Below, piece by piece: positions 1-11,682 of a stretch of DNA of 64,000 nucleotides. Origin of the DNA: Octopus vulgaris (lineage: Eukaryota); NCBI GenBank assembly GCA_951406725.2, contig OX597822.1, positions 41,354,001 to 41,418,000 of the forward strand. The letters run 5' to 3'. Within the stretch, counting starts at the first letter, position 1. Each line of letters starts with the position of its first letter. The notes below the pieces were generated by a model that was given only the letters and a program-made list of their open reading frames with translations, did not search any database and had not been told where the DNA came from. The position numbers and the translations under genes were made by a program.

Positions 1-568
1 CCACCTAAAATCTGTAGATCTAGCAGAAATCGATCTTAGTATACTTATTTGCGCCTATTTTACATATTTGTTGAATAATCAGTCTTATGTTTTTTATACA
101 ATTCATGAGGATTATGACGTGGCTAAATGCTTCTAAAATGTATCAATTAAGTTAGTTAATGTGCAATGGTGAAAATGGTGGAGGTGGGCGCTTTCTGCAT
201 TTCCTGTTGGCTAAAATCAACAAGAATTTGCCTTCGGTTTCATTCTCGACTCTCTGAAAAACTGTATCTTTATGTTTAGTTGGGGTACATTCCAGGTTAT
301 ATACATATATACATACAGACGTACATACATATATATGTGTATGTGTATGTGTGTATATGCACACGCATATATATATGAATGTGTAACACATAAGTATGTA
401 TTTACGTAGGCATGTATTTATGTATGATTGTATGCTCATATGTATGTACGTAGGCAGATAGGTAGGGTAGCTGCGTAGGTATGTATGTATGCAGGTTAAT
501 TCAAGAGTTAGGAAATATGTAGATGTATATATATGTGTGTGTGTGCGTGTGAGTATGTGTGTTATATT

Positions 569-780
569 TCTCTTTTATTTGTTTCAGTCATTTGACTGTG
601 GCCATGCTAGAACACCGCCTTTAGTCGAGAAAATTGACTCCAAGACTTATTCTTTGTAAGTTTAGTACTTATTCTATCGGTCTCTTTTGCCGAACCGCTA
701 GGTTACGGGGACGTAAACACATCAGCATCGGTTGTCAAGCGATGTTGGGGGGACAAATACAGACACACAAACACACACAC

Positions 781-847
<67 letters not shown>

Positions 848-990
848 AATACGACGGGCTTCTTTCAGTTTCCGTCTACCAAATCCAATCACAAGGCTTT
901 GATCGATCGAAGGTTTTGGTAGAAGACATTTGCCCAAAACCCGAAACCATGTAGTTGGCAAGCAAGCTACTTACCACACAGCCACTCCTG
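569..990 (-). mobile_element. tRNA-derived SINE, family A (internal CA/TA microsatellite)
   Basis: Near-identical to copies at 4575, 15490, 18004, 45105 and 47389. Minus-strand head GGAGTGGCTGTGTGGTAAG..., internal (AT)n, tail ...GAAACAA.TAAAAGAG. Confidence 0.85.
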
Positions 991-1214
991 TATATATGCA
1001 ATGTTTAACGATATACATAAAAGTATGTATGTATGTATGTATGTATGTATGTATGTATGTATGTATGTATGTATGTATGTATGTATGAGTGCGTGTGTGT
1101 ATCCTGAAGTGGTATAAAAAATTCCAGTTTGTATTTTGTTACAGTTTTGTTTTTGTACATTTTAAATACTATCTTTGATATTTCGTTATAAATATGCCAT
1201 TATACAAACGTGTA

Positions 1215-1267
<53 letters not shown>

Positions 1268-2115
1268 ATACACACACATACACACATACACACATACACA
1301 CATACACACGCATATGAACAAACTTAAGACTTATTCAATTATATCTGAAAGATACTTGAACTCGTAAAAATGCTTTTCTCTGCAGTTTTGCATGAAAAAA
1401 CATTCTCGCCCAAGACAAAAAAACTATCAAAATACTATAGAAAACTTAGACATATTATTGGATTGCTGGATGCCTTTTGAACCCTTTATTTCTCTTCAGT
1501 ACCTGATACCGAAGATAAGTAACTCTGACCTCACTAGGAAACTACTATTTCTCTTCTCAACTAATTCTTGACAAGCAACAAACTATCCGAAACGTCACCT
1601 TTTCTTCCTTCTTTTTTCACATCATAATAGATTGTCTTTGATATTGCTATACCTTTATATTATAAATTGTTTTATAGTACAGTTCTCTCAAAATGCCGTT
1701 CAGCGCTAACGAACACAGAACCACGTGGTTGAGAAGCAGAATTCTTTATGACAAAAACTTTTATTACTATATTATAATAACAATGTTTGTAAACATTAAA
1801 GTTGTTGCATACAAGTTTCCAACTAGGTAATTGCCGTTCCACTGCATATACGATGACGACAGTTAAGATTGATTTAAACTGGGCGGAACAATCATCACAC
1901 ACTCGAAAGGGCCATTTTCGGATTTTCTCACCGATGTTTACAGCTTTTGCCTATCAACATCAGAGGACGACACATACTCTTACATGCATACAGACACATA
2001 GGTATAGGCACGTATACGCACATACATAGAGGTCACTCAAAAGACATGGGTCAACGTTTGCGTAACGTTCCATGGGGAGAGATGAAATCCAGAACCACTA
2101 TCAGCAGCAGCAGCA

Positions 2116-2480
2116 GGAGCGCAATGGCCCAATGGTTAGGGCAGCGGACTCGCGGTCGGAGGATCGCAGTTTCGATTCCCAGACCGGGCGTTGTGTGTGT
2201 TTATTGAGCGAAAACACCTAAAGCTCCACGAGGCTCCGGCAGGGGATGGTGGCGACCCCTGTTGTACTTTTTCGCCCCAACTTTCTCTCACTCTTTCTTC
2301 CTATTTCTTGTCCCCGACTTCCTACGCAACCGCTGAGCCTAGATGAGCATTCATCCATCCGTCGATGCTCTCGGTGTCGGGGGTTGACCTGCTTTCTCTT
2401 CTGCGGGTCTTACGAATAGCAAAGGACCACGTTTCGGACTTCTCCCATCTTGCGAGCTCTGGGACGAAGACCGTTCTCTC
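2116..2480 (+). mobile_element. tRNA-derived SINE, family C, tail type 1
   Basis: A-box TGGCCCAATGG and B-box-like GTTTCGATTCC. Body shared with 26232, 29616, 33843, 49672 and 55788. Ends in (CAA/CAG)n. Confidence 0.85.
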
Positions 2481-2700
2481 AACAGCAACAGCAGTAGCAC
2501 CACCACCACCACCACCATCACCATCACCATCACCAACACTATCACCGCTAGCATCAGCAGGACCATCTCTACCAACACCATCACCACCACCACCACCACT
2601 ACCACAACCACCACCACCAGGACCGCCACCAACAGCCATCACTTACCACCACTAGCCTCCGCCACCACAGCCTCCGCCACCACAGCCTCCGCCACCACCA
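2480..2700. repeat. (CAC/CAG/CAT)n low-complexity tract
   Basis: Trinucleotide runs, plus a 15-bp unit AGCCTCCGCCACCAC x3. Confidence 0.9.
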
Positions 2701-3239
2701 CATGCTCATTGTCATGCTCACACATACACATTTTATACGCAGGAACCTGTAATGATTCCCTTATTCCAATTCTTTATATTTGTCTTCAGAAGGTTTATCA
2801 TTCCATTTATTTATTTATTTATTCATTCGATCCTTGTCTGCACCAACTTACGCATACATACTTCAAACAACTAACACACACACTTGCATGAATATAACAC
2901 GACCATGCACACGCATGCGCGTGCGTGCGACTACCTGTTCCATTTAATAATCAAACCCCCCGCGCCCCACTCCACTACAGCCACTCCGCCATCACCAAAC
3001 CAGTGAAATTAAGATTTGTTTCTTGTTAATCCAGAGAGGTCATTCAGTGTAATTTCTACGTCTCACTCCTGTCCGGCAACAACATGCCGACATGGGAGCT
3101 GCTATGTGGGCGATCGATGTACTAGATATAGCAGTCGATTCTCAGGCATATCTTAGCCTATCATCTAAGAAATAGGATATGTGTGGTTGTAATAAAGGCC
3201 TGCCTACACAAGTGTGGTCTGCCACACCGAGTATGTTTA

Positions 3240-3490
3240 GTCATAACTTTCAGAAAAATAGATATTGTTTTAATAAGATTTTCTACATTTAGTTAACATA
3301 GATTCTGTTTATTTCGGAATTTAGCAGGAAAAATCTTCGGTGGCAGGGAAAAAAGGGGGGTTTCGGACATTTCACAAGAGTCGACTTTGTTTCCTCATAA
3401 CTTACAGAAAAATGGATAATTTTAAATGAAGTTTTCTACAAATAGCTTTCAGATGGTATAGATTACGCTCATGTCGGAATTTAATCTAAG
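3240..3490. repeat. Unclassified interspersed repeat with internal ~155-bp duplication
   Basis: CATAACTT.CAGAAAAAT...TTCTACA...TCGGAATTTA occurs twice, and a diverged inverted copy lies at ~4436-4530. Confidence 0.55.
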
Positions 3491-3762
3491 AGAAATATGG
3501 TGGTTGTGTATACATACATAATGACAACACACGCGCGCACGCACGCACGTACGCACACACACATATAATCCTTTCATATTTTTCTCTCTCCGTTTTTTTT
3601 TTCCTCTATTTTTTCTCCTCATTTATTTTTCTGCGGAAGAGCGTAGGCTCGAAACCTCAACGACTTTTCCATTCTTCCCGAGTGTCAAACTTAATACCCC
3701 TGCTTGTGATTTCCTCAACTGTCTTCGTCTTTTGTTTTCTGTAAATTTGAACTATACATAGT

Positions 3763-4003
3763 CGCTCCAGCATGACCGCAGTCAAATGATTGAAACGTGT
3801 AAAAGAGTAAAATCGACCCCAATACTTATTCTTTGTAAGCCTAGTACTTATTCTCTCGGTCTCTTTTACCGAACCGCTAGGTTTTGGGGGCATAAACATA
3901 ATCACATTGGTTGTCAAGCGATGGTGGAGGGAGAAACACAGATACAAAGACACACACTCACATAAATATATAAACTCTCCTACACACACACACACATACA
4001 TAC

Positions 4004-4055
<52 letters not shown>

Positions 4056-4228
4056 GTACACACAAAACGGGCTTCCTTCAGTTTCTGTCTACCAAATCCA
4101 CTCATAAGGCTTTGATCGACCCGAGACTATAGTAGAAAACACTTGCCCAAGGTACCACGCAATGGGACTGAACCCAAAACCATGTGGTTAGGAAGCAAGC
4201 TTCTTACCACACAGCCACGTCTGCGCCT
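3763..4228 (-). mobile_element. SINE family A copy with its 3' tail inverted in place
   Basis: 3813-4228 matches family A on the minus strand; 3763-3812 is the tail segment in the opposite orientation. Confidence 0.75.
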
Positions 4229-4236
4229 ATATAAGC

Positions 4237-4385
4237 AGAGTCTGACCACCTCCTGTACATACAACTTAGAACCATCATGGCATCTGATGTGGCTTTTAAA
4301 ACCAAACAATGTTTTGAAAAGACACCCACATAGATTGCATATCTGATTTGGACCACCAAGAGTTGAAGCAATTACGTGACGTGTG
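4237..4385 (-). mobile_element. 3' relic of an RTE-type LINE (C-terminal C2H2 finger)
   Basis: Translation CNLCGCLFKTLFGFKSHIRCH is a lone C2H2 motif wedged between repeats, of the type found at ORF2 C-termini of some RTE-group LINEs. Confidence 0.5.
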
Positions 4386-4574
4386 TCAGTATGTATGTGT
4401 ACGCACACACATTTTTCGTTTTGTTTGTTTTGTTATTAAATTCCATTATAATCCTAATCTACAGCATCTGAAAAGTATTTGTTGGAAATTTCTTTAGAAA
4501 ATTCACCACTTTTCTGAAAGTTATGAGGCATCATTAAGTCAGGCGGAGGGGGGAGAGGTACACGTGCAGATATA

Positions 4575-4974
4575 CTCTTTACTTTTTACTCTTTTCCTTG
4601 TTTCAGTCATTTGGCTGCACCGCATTTAGTCGAGCAAATTGACCCCAGGGCTTATTCTTTGTAAGCCTAGTACTTATTCTATCGGTCCTTTTGCCGAACC
4701 GCAAAGTTTATGGGGACGTAAACACACCAGCATCCGTTGTCAAGCGATGTTGGGGAGACAAACACAGACACACATACATACACACACACACACATACATA
4801 TACATATATACGACGGGATTCTTTCAGTTTCCGTCTACCAAATTCACTCACAAAGCGTTGATCGGCCCGAGGCTATAGTAGAAGACCCTTGCCTACGGTG
4901 CCACGCAGTGGGACTGAACCCAGAACCATGAGGTTGGTAAGCAAGCTACTTACCACACAGCCACTCCTGCGCCT
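4575..4974 (-). mobile_element. SINE family A, full length
   Basis: Complete head (AGGCGCAGGAGTGGCTGTGTGG...GGGTTCAGTCCC) through to tail. Confidence 0.9.
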
Positions 4975-5116
4975 ATATGTATGTGTGTGTGTGTATGCAT
5001 ATATATGCATATATATGTATATATATGCGTGTATATATATATATATATATGTACAAATATATATATACATATATATATATATATATGCACACACACACAC
5101 ACACACACACATACAT

Positions 5117-5189
<73 letters not shown>

Positions 5190-5192
<3 letters not shown>

Positions 5193-6799
5193 TTGCGGCC
5201 AAAATGTTCAGAACGGCATTGTTTTCGTCAAAAAAGTAGATATAAGTTTTTATCAAAGTTGTTTTATATTCTATAATTTTCACAGACAATAAATACAATA
5301 TTATTTGTTATTGTCTGAGATTCTGGTGTAATTTGAGAGAATAATACAAAAGTTATGGATGATTTAGTGATTTACTGCAAAACCCATTGCGGCCCAAATT
5401 ATCAGAACGGTTGCTTTTACTCCATGTTTTAGTATATTTAACCAGCGAACTCTAATGTTTTAAATTTGTTTACGTGGCGGTTCATTTACTAAACACGCCT
5501 AAGAATATCTGCAGTATACTTTGTTAATATAATGCCACTTACTCCGTTACCAATTCGTCAGCAGATTATTAAGCTTCGAAAGAAGGATAATTTAAGTATT
5601 GGGTGTATTGCAAAGATTGTTAACAAGTCAAAAAGTGTTGTCCACGGTATTCTTAAGGTCTACGCTGATTGTGGTTCGAGTAAAGCAAAAAGTCTACAGG
5701 TAGGCCAAGAAAAACGACCAAGAGAGAAGATCATGCTATGGTAAAGTTGGTTAAAAAGGATAGATTTAAAACTGCTGCTGCTGTTTCTCGGGAAATGAGC
5801 ATTGTACTGAAGAAAACTTTATCTCGAAAAACTGTGTCTGGTCGTTTAGTTGAACATGACCTACAAGCAAGAGCGCCTGAAGTGAAGCCACTGATCAGCT
5901 CCAAGAATTAAAAGTGTCGTCTTACCTTTGCAACCGAAAAATGGCAAGAAAAATGGCAAACGGTGCATTTCAGTAATGAATCTAAGTCTATGTTATTTGG
6001 CTCAGATGGGAAAAGGTACGTTCGTCGAAAAATTGTCGCCTAAATGCCTTGAGACTAGTGTTAAACTCGGTGGAGGAAGTGTCATGGTTTGGGGGATGAT
6101 ATCTGGAGATGGTGTGGGCCCTTTGGTGCGATTACATGGAAAGGTAAATGCAGGAGTTTATAAACAACTTGTAAAAGATCATGTCTTGCCTGTGCTGAGA
6201 AATTCAACTAAGCAACCACCCATATTCATGCAGGACAATGCCTCATGTCACAAGGTTAAGGTGGTCATAAACTTCCTCAAGGCTGAAAAGGTTATTGTTA
6301 TGGATTGGCCTGCTCAAAGCCCAGATCTCAATCCTATTGAAAATGTGTGGAATATTCTAGGAGAACGTTCGAAAGCCAGAAATCCTAAAACAACCGAGCA
6401 ATTATGGAATGCCCATCAGGAAGAAAATTGAATAAGATCACAAAGCAAGAAATTAAAAATTTAGTTTCCTCATGCAGTCGAAGATGTCAAAGTGTGATTG
6501 AAGCTAAAGGGCTTCACGCTAAATATTAAATAATTCCAGTATTCTCTGTCATTTTTGATTATTTTGTTATTTTTTCAACCGTTCTGATCATTTTGGCCGG
6601 CATGGGTTTTGCAGTAAATCACTAAATCATCCATAACTTTTGTATTATCCTCTCAAATTACACCAGAATCTCAGACAATAACAAATAATATGGTATTTAT
6701 TGTCTGTGAAAATTATAGAATATAAAACAACTTTGATAAAAACTTATACCTACATTTCTGACGAAAACAATGCCGTTCTGAACATTTTGGCCGCAACTG
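5190..6799 (+). mobile_element. Tc1-family DNA transposon with ~224-bp IR/DR terminal inverted repeats
   Basis: TA|CAGTTGCGGCCAAAATG ... CATTTTGGCCGCAACTG|TA. TIRs 5190-5413 and 6576-6799 are near-identical, each with two direct repeats. Confidence 0.95.
5532..6529 (+). pseudogene. Tc1 DD34E transposase, frameshifted and with stops
   Basis: HTH-like N-terminus (5532-5744), FSNESK (first D changed to N), VMVWG, QDNASCH-34 aa-SPDLNPIENVW, C-terminal RRCQSVIEAKGLHAKY*. Confidence 0.92.
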
Positions 6800-6840
6800 T
6801 ATATACATACATAATGTCTCATATACGTACATATGCATAT

Positions 6841-7020
6841 TTCTTTCTACCTGTTTCAGTCATGAGACTATGGCCATGCTGGGGCACCGCCTTGAAGAAT
6901 TTTTAGTCAAATGAATCGACCGCAGTGCTTATTTCTTTTAAAGCTTAGTACTTACTCTATCGGTCTCTTTTCCTGGACCGCTAAATTATGGGACGTAAAC
7001 ACACCAACAGTGATGGTGGG
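6841..7020 (-). mobile_element. SINE family A 3' fragment
   Basis: Diverged GTTTCAGTCAT...GGCCATGCTGGGGCACCGCC...CTATCGGTCTC. Confidence 0.7.
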
Positions 7021-7531
7021 AGAGAGATAGAAGGAGCGAGAGAGAAAGAGAGAGGTAGAGATGTGTATGTGGTGTGTGTGTGTGAACAGAAAAAGGGAGG
7101 CTTCAATGCAGTGATGTTTATTCTGAAGAAATACCCCAGGAAAGTATTGGCGTTGGTAATGGTGGTGGTGGTGGTGATGGCGTTCTTTTTCAGTTGGTGA
7201 TAGTATTAGACTGTTGTAGTGTTGGCACTAATTGTGGTGGGGGTAGGGGTGTTGGTGATTGAGTAGGTGATGGTAATAATGATGAAGTTGGTGGCGGCGG
7301 CGGTGGTGGCAGATACATTTATGAGAGAGTATAGAAGTGGAAGGGCAGCAGAAGTGGGGCGGGGCACGGTTTTCTATCTTTGGTAATTCCGTCGCCAATT
7401 AAGCACGTCAGTTAGATTAACATGTTTCTAATCACATCCGTCATTGTGTATACACCTAATTAACACACATATATACACACACGTAGACACAGACACAAAC
7501 ACGCACACTCACGTACATATAATATACATAC

Positions 7532-7565
<34 letters not shown>

Positions 7566-8181
7566 ATCTATCGGACTCTCTGCAATGGTCGTACAACTAA
7601 CAGTTATACAGAAATACTTGTAAATGCAAACGTGCCCCCCACCCCACATGCACGCATGTTCATACACTCGCACACACACTTTCACACAAGCAAACACACA
7701 CACTGATAAAAAATAACGAGCGTCTCCATAATGAATGTTGAGTGAACGGTAGTGGGTAACTCGGAGTAAAGATTTGCCAAGTTTCAGTTTCCAATAACTC
7801 GTCTGCGTAATTGCTTATGCGTGTGCTTGTGTGTCTAAATTTAATTAAAACATGAAACGAATATGGATGCCTTTGATGTATATTTTTGGTCATCCGGTAG
7901 ATTTCTCTCAGAGCTAAGCCAATACCAAACACATCTCAAATATATTCCAGCAACTTTAACCAACATTGTACATTGAACTGGGGGGTAACGTCGAATTTAT
8001 ATCATTGATCAATCAACATCTATGCTTTACATTATTAGTAAGAATTAGTAAGGCTTAGTAAAGTTCCTAACGGAGGGTCTAGTTAGTACTTTCTGTCAAG
8101 ACCTTTAAACGAGTAACCTGCTTCTCTTTTCAGGCTCATCGTTTCTCTGTTGAGCTTCCTATTAGCTAAGTTCTTTCATGC

Positions 8182-8632
8182 TAATATTTTCTTTCTTGAA
8201 AATACTGCCCTCTGTAACTCACAACCATCGTCTTTTGTTCCTCGGGTCTATGGTATCCAGCCCTTTAAGCTTTCTGTCATTCGACATCTTTTCAATATGT
8301 AGGCCCCCTTTTTCCATCTTAGTAGTCCCTTATGCTACAGTGAACTTGAGCCTTGTTTCGAGCAAACCCGTATAAAATGAAAACAAAAATGACCGGTTCT
8401 GTTGTAATAATTTCTTTCTTCAAAATACTGCCCTCTGGAACTCACAACCATCGTCTTGTGTTCCTCGGGTCTATGATATCCAGCCCTTTAAGCTTTCTGT
8501 CATTCGACATCTTTTCAATATGTAGGCCCCTTTTTTCCATCTTAGTAGTCCCTTACGCTACAGTGACCTCGAGCCTCGTTTCGTGCAAACCCGTATAAAA
8601 AGAGGAAAAAAAAATGACCGGTTCTGTTGTAA
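8182..8632. repeat. Tandem duplication, ~223-bp unit x2 (possibly an RTE LINE relic on minus)
   Basis: AATACTGCCC at 8201 and 8424 with near-identical downstream sequence. The minus strand reads LLRW..GLHIEKMSNDR, reminiscent of the RTE LRWxGHxxRM motif. Confidence 0.8.
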
Positions 8633-8907
8633 GACTAAAGAGACAATTAAGGTAAATTAAAGGGGTCATCTTGAAACCCCACCTCTCTCATTTCTTTCAC
8701 TCACTTCTTTCTCTTTACCTCTATACTCTTTTCGATTTGTATCTTACTCTGTCTCCTCACCTCTAAACATACGCGTACGTGAGTGTGAATACGGGACAAG
8801 ATTGGTGTTAGCATGTACGTGTCTGTAACTGCATATGTATGTGTATATGTATACATATACATACATACATAATACACAAATACATACATGTGTGTGTGTG
8901 TGTGTGT

Positions 8908-8955
<48 letters not shown>

Positions 8956-9549
8956 ATGTGGTGGCTATGTTACAGGGTAAAATGCTATCAGGTGGTATCG
9001 AACCCTGGAACTAAATAACTGCCAAGTTAACTTCCCAACATATAAGGTAAACCATTAATACTGTCTTTAAAATAAAAGTCGTGTTCCAATTATTTTTAGA
9101 AATAACGAGAATTACATGTGAAGTGAATAAGTAGTTCCTTGGTGTCTATTATCTGCGTGTTAAGCCAACTTTTCACCGGTCGGTTATAAGTTATTTTGTT
9201 TATTGTGAGTGGGGTCAACGGCAGCGCTCATGATGTATACAGGCCAGTTCAAATCAACATGGTTTATGTAATATAGACTGATTCCTAGAGACAGCACTTA
9301 CTAGGCATTTAGGTTCCCTCATATTGAACAGGGTTAATTGATGTTTATTCAGTTGGACTGGACTGGATTGCCTGTGTTCAGTCCACTGCTGGATGAAGGT
9401 TTCAACATGTTTTTTCCACCAACCACGGTCTGATGTGGAGGGTGTGAATTTGAACTTGAGATCATACTGGCATGATGAGCCTACTCTGTCAAACAGGCTC
9501 GACATTTCTTGGCGGGTGGGGGTAGTTTTTATACGCTTACTCAGGAGTA

Positions 9550-9715
9550 GTTAAGTCGATAACATCGACCCCAGAGCTCCATTGATACTTATTTTATCGA
9601 CTCCGAAATGATGAAAGTCAAAGTCAGCCTCGGCAGAATTTGAACACAGAGCGTGAGGACGGATGAAATACCGCTAAGCATTTCACCCTGTGTGCTAACG
9701 ATTCTACCAGCTCGT
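9550..9715 (-). mobile_element. SINE family B, diverged
   Basis: Reverse complement of GAGCTGGCAGAATCGTTAGCAC...GTTCAAATTC.GCCGAGG...TTTCATC. Confidence 0.75.
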
Positions 9716-9772
9716 AGCTTAAATGATGTCTATAGACAACACATTACGTTTTCAGGCTCTTAGTCTGTAGAA

Positions 9773-10091
9773 CAGTGGTGCTCATCCATGTTTTGCCTAT
9801 AGACCATTTGATCTTACTTCTTTCAAAATCCCTATTTTGTTTTCCACATGTTTATTGTTGTACATTTGCAATAGCGCCCTCTCTCAGAGACTGACTGGAA
9901 ATACGTTGAACCCTGTATAGCATTATTGTCAGAAAACCTAACTGTTTCTTGAAATAAATTCATCTAAAGCAAAGTGTTTTCATGTACCCTTAAAATATTG
10001 CTATTTTTATTAACTGTTTTGCTTACGTGGACCTCACAAAATCACATATGATCCCCCGTGGGGTGATAGGAGTCCCAGTTGAGAACCATTG
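9773..10091. mobile_element. hAT (Charlie-like) MITE
   Basis: TIRs CAGTGGTGCTCA / TGAGAACCATTG with a perfect 8-bp TSD CTGTAGAA (9765-9772, 10092-10099). Confidence 0.9.
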
Positions 10092-10099
10092 CTGTAGAA

Positions 10100-10300
10100 G
10101 GTTAACATAGTTGATATTTTATAGAGAGTGATGTCTATAGGGAGCACTTAAACTGTATTCAGGTCTTCTCAGACTGAAGAGAATTCACTTGATTAATGTT
10201 ATGCAGACTGATGTCTATAGACAGCGCTCATCATTCATTCAGATCCTCTAAGACTGATGGTGATTAACATGATTAATGTTATTCACGCTGATGCCAATAG
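10100..10300. repeat. Degenerate ~80-bp minisatellite
   Basis: GATGTCTATAG-like motif at 10130, 10210 and 10290, also at 9725, with related sequence at ~9250-9330. Confidence 0.65.
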
Positions 10301-10806
10301 AAAAAAATAAACGAGATTAGGAATAGTGTAGCAATTGGTTGCAGGTTTAAGAAGGATTTAATAAAATTGTTTAATGCGCAGCTGGACCTAGCACTGATGA
10401 TGAGAAAACGGTTGTAGCTGTATGTACTTGAATATAGAAGATACGTAGCCATCTTTTATGTTTTATCTTTTACTTGTTGCAGTTATAAGACTACGGCCAT
10501 GCTGGGGCACCACCATGAGGAATTTTAGTCAAATGAATCGACCCAATATTCCAATGTAGATTTGTTCATGACTAGGGAAGAGAGTGACATAAAACGATTG
10601 TCATTATTTCCAAGGTCAGTTCTCATTAAGCAGAACTAGGTTCAAAGATGTTCAAGCCTTCGGCTTTCTTTTTACTATGTATAGGAAAGAGTTTTTACTA
10701 AGTGTAAGAAGGCATTTTTACTATGTGTAGGAAAACTGTCTTATTTCTAAGACGATTACAGAGAGATTTGATTGATAGTTCTAACAAATCTAGCGAACAA
10801 ATTGAG

Positions 10807-11060
10807 CAGGGTTCTCAACAACTGTTTATCTATGAATCCCTTTAATTCTTATTTTACTCCGGTTGGCCCTCAAAACTATTCAATGTTAAAAAATCCTACT
10901 ATATTTTTATAATTAAATATTATTAAGAATTGTATTTAAAAACATTGGTAAAATATTTTAAGTACTGTAGAAGTACAAACAATTTATTGCAGATAAATTT
11001 TAACAAAAAAAATTTATATGGATTCCCAAGGGCCATATGTACCCCAGGTGAGAAGCACTA
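10807..11060. mobile_element. hAT MITE, older
   Basis: CAGGGTTCTCAAC ... GGTGAGAAGCACTA termini; the TSD is degraded. Confidence 0.6.
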
Positions 11061-11451
11061 ACATAAAGACTTACTCTAATTATTGAGCCTTGGTGTAGTT
11101 AAAGGAGAGTAAATTGTCATGTTCCCACCGACGGATGAGATGTGATGCGGTGGTGTGGATACAAGGTTCATCGTTTCAAACATGGACATGTAAAGTGTTA
11201 CGCTGTAACGTCCATGCTGCAGCAATTCGGAAACAGAATGAGAGAGTGGGGGGAGAGTTGATGATATCAAGATATACAGAATAAACAAGAGAGAGAATGA
11301 GAGAAAGAGGAAGAGCGAGGGATTCCTTTTTGATTAGGATGTGCGAAATGTTGTTGCGACTTTCATGTCTTTCTGTTTGAGGCATAAGTTTTAAAGGGAC
11401 TGGACAAGAAAGATACAGAGGGGGAGAGAAAGATGGGACGGGAGAGACGGT

Positions 11452-11682
11452 AGAGAGCTGGCAGAAACGTTAGCACGCCGGGCGAAATGCTTTGCGGTAT
11501 TTCGTCTACCGCTACGTTCTGAGTTCAAATTCCGCCGTGATCGACTTTGCCTTTTATCTTTTCGGGGTCGATTAAATAAGTACCAGTTACGCACGGGGGT
11601 CGATATAATCGACTTAATCCGTTTGTCTGTCCTTGTTTGTCCCCTCTGTGTGTAGCCCCTTGTGGGCAGTAAAGAAATAGGT
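11452..11682 (+). mobile_element. SINE family B
   Basis: GAGCTGGCAGAAACGTTAGC (A-box-like), GAGTTCAAATTCC (B-box), tail ...GTAAAGAAATAGG. Confidence 0.88.

Noticed and set aside
152-439. Possible exon (…RKRPPPPFSPLHIN)
   Set aside because: The ORF starts in microsatellite, with no recognisable domain or convincing splice sites.
2322-2655. Gly-rich and Pro-rich ORFs, and the poly-Q/C ORFs at 26045-26514
   Set aside because: They are SINE C tail plus a trinucleotide tract.
4127-4408. C2H2 zinc-finger gene
   Set aside because: A single finger with no linker, fused to SINE sequence; better explained as a LINE C-terminal relic.
9468-9505. Hammerhead-like ATGATGAGCCT...AGGCTCGACA
   Set aside because: Core mismatched at both ends, no stem I; probably a chance hairpin.
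10100-10300. CRISPR-like regularly spaced motif
   Set aside because: The 'spacers' are homologous to each other (a minisatellite), the context is eukaryotic, and there are no cas genes.
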